Positions 34,971-39,685 of a stretch of 39,685 nt of DNA are shown piece after piece. The DNA is from Flavobacteriales bacterium. GTDB lineage: Bacteria; Bacteroidota; Bacteroidia; UBA10329. The stretch is taken from the NCBI GenBank assembly GCA_041302955.1, contig JBFYQB010000072.1:1-39685 (forward strand), written 5' to 3'. The notes under the pieces were generated by a model. It made no database searches. It worked only from the letters and a program-made list of their open reading frames with translations, and had not been told where the DNA came from. How positions within the stretch are numbered: the stretch's first letter is position 1; every line of letters begins with the position of its first letter. The position numbers and the translations under genes were made by a program.

Positions 34971-36407
34971 TCAACCAATTGGCAAACAAACGTTCTTTGG
35001 CTCTGTGAAGAACCGCAATGCCTCCCAACCTCCCTCGCGTCCAACGCCCGATTGTTTCACACCTCCAAAGGGAGTGCGTAGGTCGCGCACAAGCCAACAA
35101 TTGATCCAGACAATACCTGTGTGCAAGGCCGCGGCCACGCGATGTGCCCGTGCCAGATCCCTGGTCCAAATGGTGGAAGCAAGGCCATATTTCGTTCCGT
35201 TGGCATAAACCAAAACTTCTTCTTCGGTATCGAAGGGTTGGATGGTGACCACCGGCCCGAATATCTCCTCTTGATTGGTGCGGCATGTGGCGGGAAGCCC
35301 TTCAATGACCGTGGGGCGGATAAACCAACCGCCAAGTCCAGTCTCGGCTGCGGTGCCGCCTGTTAGCACCGTGCCGCCTTCTTCTTGTGCCAAGGCGATG
35401 TAGGATAGTACCTTGTGGAAATGTGCTTCGGACACCACAGCACCCAACTTCACTTGGTCGTCCATCGGGTCGCCCACTTTCATCTGGGCTACTTTTTCGA
35501 CAAAAGCACTCTTGAATGCCTCATAGATGCCGCGCTGCACATAGATGCGCGAGCCGCATAGGCATATTTGCCCCTGATTGGAGAAGGAGGAATTGACTGA
35601 GGTGCTTACCGCTGCGGCCAGATCGCAATCGTCAAAAATGATATTGGGGTTCTTGCCTCCGAGTTCGAGCGACAGCTTTTTGAACATGGGCGCGGCCACA
35701 CGGGCAATTTCTGCCCCAGTTGCCGTGCCGCCAGTGAAGGAAATCATCGGAATCTCGGGATGGGCGGTGATGGCCGCGCCCACCTTGGCGCCAAGGCCAT
35801 GCACAATATTGAGCACCCCTTTGGGAAAGCCAACCTCATCACAGATCTTGGATAGCAGGTAGGCCGTCATTGGCGTCACTTCGGATGGTTTGGCCACCAC
35901 AGTATTGCCTGCTGCAAGTGCAGGAGCAATTTTCCATGTGAAAAGATAGAGCGGCAGGTTCCAAGGCGAGATGCAGCCTGCCACACCGATTGAATGGCGG
36001 AGCGTATAGTTAAGGTATCGGCCATCGGCATCGTGGAGCTCACCATGGTCGTGTAGAATGGCGGTGGCGAAGAAGCGGAAATTGTCCGATGCGCGGGGAA
36101 TATCCACGCGCTTGGACATCCAAAGTGGTTTACCGTTGTCGATGGATTCGGCCATGGCCAATGCATCCAATTGCTCATGAATGCGGTCGGCAATGCGAAG
36201 CAGATGAGCTGAACGCTCAGCCCTGGTGAGCGCTGCCCAAGCAGGAAATGCACGTTTGGCCGCCTGCAATGCCAGTTCAACATCTTGCCCGTCTGAGTCT
36301 GGAATATGGGAATACACCTTGCCCAAGGCAGGATTGTAGTTGTCGATATACTGGCCGCTGATGGGGGCAACGAAAGCTCCATCTATGTAATTGGCTATGG
36401 TGGTCAT
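34971..36407 (-). CDS. NAD(P)-dependent aldehyde dehydrogenase (ALDH8 / 2-aminomuconate- or 2-hydroxymuconate-semialdehyde dehydrogenase-like)
   Basis: 478 aa. Catalytic Glu motif LELGGKNP, catalytic Cys motif FSNQGQICLCGSR, and the C-terminal EEIFGPV...FGGVKQSGVGREGG. Confidence 0.92.
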   Translation of the reverse strand: MTTIANYIDGAFVAPISGQYIDNYNPALGKVYSHIPDSDGQDVELALQAAKRAFPAWAALTRAERSAHLLRIADRIHEQLDALAMAESIDNGKPLWMSKRVDIPRASDNFRFFATAILHDHGELHDADGRYLNYTLRHSIGVAGCISPWNLPLYLFTWKIAPALAAGNTVVAKPSEVTPMTAYLLSKICDEVGFPKGVLNIVHGLGAKVGAAITAHPEIPMISFTGGTATGAEIARVAAPMFKKLSLELGGKNPNIIFDDCDLAAAVSTSVNSSFSNQGQICLCGSRIYVQRGIYEAFKSAFVEKVAQMKVGDPMDDQVKLGAVVSEAHFHKVLSYIALAQEEGGTVLTGGTAAETGLGGWFIRPTVIEGLPATCRTNQEEIFGPVVTIQPFDTEEEVLVYANGTKYGLASTIWTRDLARAHRVAAALHTGIVWINCWLVRDLRTPFGGVKQSGVGREGGWEALRFFTEPKNVCLPIG

Positions 36408-36495
36408 TGTGCAGTGTTTGCGGTAAAGTTAGGTTCCGTGCTCCCTTCATCGGAAGGATGCGATTGGACGGGTTGTTCATCTTGCCCATTTCCTG

Positions 36496-36503
36496 TAGGT
36501 TTG
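36496..36503 (+). promoter_or_regulatory. Candidate -7 box (TAnnTTTG) for the aminopeptidase gene
   Basis: taggtttg is an exact match, 24 nt upstream of the ATG at 36527. This supports the internal start over the ORF-track start at 36407. Confidence 0.4.
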
Positions 36504-36526
36504 AATCGCCTAAGCGCACGCAGAAA

Positions 36527-37816
36527 ATGAGATACGACCGCATCGATAATGCCCTATTCATTCAGAACAGAAAACGATTTGTCCATGGTCTGAAACCGCA
36601 AAGTGTGGCGGTATTCAATGCCAATGACATCATGCCAACCAATGCCGATGGTACCATGAAATTCAAACAGAACAGCGATTTGTTCTATCTGAGCGGAGTG
36701 GATCAGGAGGAGACCATTTTGCTGCTGGCACCCAATGCGCATGACGAGACGCATCGCGAGGTATTGTTCCTACGTGAGACCAACGAGACCATTGCCATCT
36801 GGGAAGGTGCCAAGTTGACGATGGAAGAGGCGCGCGCAGTTAGCGGCATTCAGACCATTTATTGGATAAAGGATTTTGAGCGCGTATTCGCCACACTGGT
36901 CAGTGAGTGCGCACTCATCTACCTCAATACCAATGAGCATGCCCGGGCTTCGGTAAAAGTGGAAACGCGCGATATGCGCTTCTTGAAATGGTGTAAGGAG
37001 CAGTATCCACTGCATGAATACCGCAGAAGCGCACCTATGCTGCATCGCATCCGTGCGGTAAAAGCGCCTCAGGAGATTGCATTGCTGCAAACGGCCTGCG
37101 ACATTACTGAGAAAGGTTTTCGGAGATTGCTGAAGGCGGTGAAGCCGGGCGTTTGGGAGTATGAGCTGGAGGCCGAACTCATTCACGAATTCATTCGTAA
37201 CCGCGCTCAGGGATTTGCCTACGAGCCCATCATTGCGGCCGGTGCCAACTCTTGCGTGCTGCATTACATCGACAATAATAAACAGTGCCAAAAGGGCAAC
37301 ATCCTGCTTTTGGACATCGGAGCGGAATACGCCAATTACGATGCCGACCTTACGCGTTCCATTCCTGTAAGCGGCACCTTCACCCAGCGGCAAAAGGATG
37401 TTTACAATGCGGTGCTACGCGTGCAAAAGGCCGCGATTAACATGTTGCGCCCCGGTACCATCTTAAAGGAATATCACAAGGAAGTAGGTGCATTGATGGA
37501 GGCGGAGTTGGTGAACTTGAAGCTTATCACCACACAGGACATTGCGAAGCAAGACCCCAAGTGGCCAGCCTATAAGAAGTATTTCATGCACGGAACCAGT
37601 CATTTTCTGGGCCTCGACACCCACGATGTGGGCAACTGGGATGTGCCAATGGAAGTGGGCAATGTGTTCACCTGCGAGCCAGGTATCTACATCCGCGAAG
37701 AAGGATTGGGCATCCGCATTGAGGATGATATCCTGATCGGTGAAGATGGGCCGGTGAATCTGATGAAGAACATTCCGAAGGAAGTGGAGGAGTTAGAGGA
37801 ACTGATGAACAGTTGA
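36527..37816 (+). CDS. Xaa-Pro aminopeptidase (M24B family)
   Basis: 429 aa from MRYDRIDNALF. AMP_N-type N-terminal domain, then pita-bread metal ligand motifs (LLLDIGAEYANYDADLTR, HGTSHFLGLDTHD, EPGIYI, IRIEDD). Confidence 0.9.
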   Translation: MRYDRIDNALFIQNRKRFVHGLKPQSVAVFNANDIMPTNADGTMKFKQNSDLFYLSGVDQEETILLLAPNAHDETHREVLFLRETNETIAIWEGAKLTMEEARAVSGIQTIYWIKDFERVFATLVSECALIYLNTNEHARASVKVETRDMRFLKWCKEQYPLHEYRRSAPMLHRIRAVKAPQEIALLQTACDITEKGFRRLLKAVKPGVWEYELEAELIHEFIRNRAQGFAYEPIIAAGANSCVLHYIDNNKQCQKGNILLLDIGAEYANYDADLTRSIPVSGTFTQRQKDVYNAVLRVQKAAINMLRPGTILKEYHKEVGALMEAELVNLKLITTQDIAKQDPKWPAYKKYFMHGTSHFLGLDTHDVGNWDVPMEVGNVFTCEPGIYIREEGLGIRIEDDILIGEDGPVNLMKNIPKEVEELEELMNS

Positions 37817-37851
37817 CCGTTGTCACTGGATGTAGAAACGATAAAAAAACC

Positions 37852-38841
37852 ATGAGACCAATTCTATCCGTTGTATTTTCAGTGCTGATGGCCATTGGGC
37901 CAATGCTCAAATCGGCCATGGGCCAATGCGAGGGTTCGGTGGTGGGCACTGTGCGTGTGGCCGGTGAGCCGTGCATCGATTGTGCGGTGAAAGTGCTGAT
38001 GTCGCCAACCGGTACATCACTGGTTTGGCCCACAGCAGATGAGACACTGACAGACCAATTCGGCAGCTATTCGTTGTCTGTACCGGAGAATGCTGAGGTC
38101 ATTGTGATGGCATCTGGATCTTCTGATTATCCATTCACTGTTCCCACTTTCTCGGGTAACACTACTAAGTGGGGACAGGCACTGACGGTGATCAATTCAT
38201 GTGCGGAAGTATTTCAGTTCGATATTGACATAGTGGAGCATGTGCAACCTGCGGGCAATACCACATTCCGCGGCAAAGTGTATGTTTCATCTGGAAAAAC
38301 TGCTTCGGACGATCCGATACCACTCATTGATGTTGTAGTGGAAAAAACCCCACCGGGCAATGCCTTTGGGGCAACAGTGACCGATGAGAATGGTGAGTTT
38401 GTGTTCGAGTTCATAGAGGCCGATCTTGCGGCATCCTATACTATCAGAATAAACCTGCCTTGCGTACCCATGGCGGGCTCCTATACTATTGATGTGGGCA
38501 ATGACGACCTTGAGTTTGCCAACCTCGACTTCTGCTTGGATGCAGATACCACTTCCATTATAAACTGCACGCTTACAGGCATTGCCACGTTTCCGGATGA
38601 GGTGATCAATAGAAAAAGGCCACAAGTGATCTTGCATCCTGAGGCAAATGCCGTGTCTTTCACTTTTGATGCAGACAGAGCAAGGTTGGAGCTCTTTGCA
38701 TTAACGGGTGCCATTGTTATCTCTTCTGCTGAGGTAGATAATGGGCAGATGGTAAGACTGGACGCCCTCGCGCCTGGCATGTATGTGGCGGAGCTGCAAC
38801 TTAAAGGCCAGTCACATCGCTTGCGTGTGCAGCGTTTATAA
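37852..38841 (+). CDS. Secreted protein with carboxypeptidase-regulatory-like beta-sandwich domains and a T9SS type-A C-terminal domain
   Basis: Signal peptide MRPILSVVFSVLMAIGPMLKSAMGQ. GTVRVAGEP...TDQFGSYSLSVPE and FRGKVYV...ATVTDENGEFVFEF are CarboxypepD_reg-like. The C-terminus LELFALTGAIVISSAEVDNGQMVRLDALAPGMYVAELQLKGQSHRLRVQRL is a sorting tail. Confidence 0.75.
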   Translation: MRPILSVVFSVLMAIGPMLKSAMGQCEGSVVGTVRVAGEPCIDCAVKVLMSPTGTSLVWPTADETLTDQFGSYSLSVPENAEVIVMASGSSDYPFTVPTFSGNTTKWGQALTVINSCAEVFQFDIDIVEHVQPAGNTTFRGKVYVSSGKTASDDPIPLIDVVVEKTPPGNAFGATVTDENGEFVFEFIEADLAASYTIRINLPCVPMAGSYTIDVGNDDLEFANLDFCLDADTTSIINCTLTGIATFPDEVINRKRPQVILHPEANAVSFTFDADRARLELFALTGAIVISSAEVDNGQMVRLDALAPGMYVAELQLKGQSHRLRVQRL

Positions 38842-38940
38842 GTTGTCCGGCATCTACAACTTTATGGGCTCAGAAAATCGGTTCACTGAACTCTGGTCGT
38901 TTCTGCTCCTGTGATACTTGAGTGCGACCCACTTCTCGAC

Positions 38941-39685
38941 TTACACCACTCCGGGTATGATCTTGTAAGGTACAGCCTTGCAATATTCTTCCCAGTGACG
39001 TCCATATTTCTTGCTGCATTTCTCATCATCGCGGAAGGCCCGATGCACCAGTAGAATGGTGAGAAAGATGACGTAGAAGAACGGCATGAGGTGCGTGAAT
39101 CCTGTAGCGCACGACCATAAGAAAGCGGCACTCAGCTCGGGCAGGTAATGGAAGTGGCGACTAACGCCCCAAAAGCCCGAGGCCAGTAGCAGATTCTCCT
39201 TTCGCTCTCCCGTCTCTGTAAGATATTCAGCACGGATGAGATGTGGTTTCTGGCCCCAGATCAGCGTATTGCCATCGCTGGCACGCACCTGCTGACGTTG
39301 GCGGTCGGCCCAGTAGTTGATGCCGATGGCGGCCAATCCGAACATAAAGATCAATGCGGCCATAGTTGCCGAAAGACCTACCGGATGCTGCACCATGAAC
39401 TGCACAGGCGAGGTGTAAATGGCCGGAACCCAAGCGAGGCATCCCCAACAGATGTAAAACCCTGCACGGTCAACAATAATATCCATGGAGCGCATGTAGC
39501 CAGCCTCCCAAATGAAGAACTTGCCAAGGTAGATGACGATGAGGGCAGCAGAGATGATGATGCTCCAATCGGCTTTGCCATACAGTTCGTCCTGCGCAAA
39601 GGCATAGGAAGTGACGGCAATAGCCCAGCCCGTCATACCGAACCGGCAGTTGGTGAACATCTTTACATCCCACCCAGCAATGCGC
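38941..39685 (-). CDS. C-terminal ~248 aa of a 7-dehydrocholesterol-reductase-like sterol reductase (ERG4/ERG24 family); 5' end lies outside the window
   Basis: The frame is open to the window edge. LIWGQKPHLIRAEY...LLASGFWGVSRHFHYLPEL...LLVHRAFRDDEKCSKKYGRHWEEYCKAVPYKIIPGVV aligns closely with the C-terminus of human DHCR7 as I recall it (LIWGRKP...LLVSGFWGVARHFNYVGDL...[30 protein letters not shown]). Confidence 0.85.
   Translation of the reverse strand, partial: RIAGWDVKMFTNCRFGMTGWAIAVTSYAFAQDELYGKADWSIIISAALIVIYLGKFFIWEAGYMRSMDIIVDRAGFYICWGCLAWVPAIYTSPVQFMVQHPVGLSATMAALIFMFGLAAIGINYWADRQRQQVRASDGNTLIWGQKPHLIRAEYLTETGERKENLLLASGFWGVSRHFHYLPELSAAFLWSCATGFTHLMPFFYVIFLTILLVHRAFRDDEKCSKKYGRHWEEYCKAVPYKIIPGVV

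Noticed and set aside
34756-35286. 176-aa minus-strand ORF overlapping the 3' end of the aldehyde dehydrogenase gene
   Set aside because: It is out of frame with a gene carrying ALDH catalytic motifs, and the part outside that gene has no coding signal.
36407-36526. 40-codon N-terminal extension of the aminopeptidase ORF, and the similar extension at 15658-15720 of the small membrane protein
   Set aside because: Each extension contains an exact TAnnTTTG box 20-24 nt upstream of an internal ATG, and each has non-protein-like sequence.
1-39685. Search for tRNA, rRNA, riboswitch, transposase or integrase signatures
   Set aside because: No GTTCGAATC-type T-arm, rRNA-like segment or DDE/tyrosine-recombinase ORF was seen by eye. 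The negative result is limited by manual inspection.

Overview
The window looks like a chromosomal segment from a Bacteroidota (Flavobacteriia-like) genome. Three things support this: type IX secretion (T9SS) C-terminal sorting domains, TAnnTTTG -7 promoter boxes about 20-25 nt upstream of several start codons, and the ftsX-DUF3098-uppP-truB gene order. Housekeeping genes are leuS, ftsX, uppP, truB, a DAHP synthase/chorismate mutase fusion, a LolE-like permease, rbfA, trpS, purD, dnaG, an aldehyde dehydrogenase and an Xaa-Pro aminopeptidase. Between them sit at least six T9SS cargo genes. One encodes a 3148-aa protein with 35 SprB-type repeats, a type-B sorting domain and an adjacent PorP/SprF gene. 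Other features are a RelE/ParE-type toxin-antitoxin pair, an ArnT/PMT-like glycosyltransferase and the 3' part of a eukaryote-like 7-dehydrocholesterol-reductase homologue. The best candidate for an undescribed system is an A+T-richer block at about 30.2-34.9 kb. There, one polytopic protein fuses an HTTM (gamma-carboxylase/SdpB-like) domain, a DCC CxxC thiol-disulfide oxidoreductase domain and a possible SdpA-like domain. It appears co-transcribed with a T9SS-targeted protein made largely of (I/L)xxxxD hexapeptide repeats (ADISAT/SDLLAN) and lies divergent to a further T9SS cargo gene. No rRNA, tRNA, CRISPR or transposase genes were seen. All family assignments are motif recognition by eye, without database searches.
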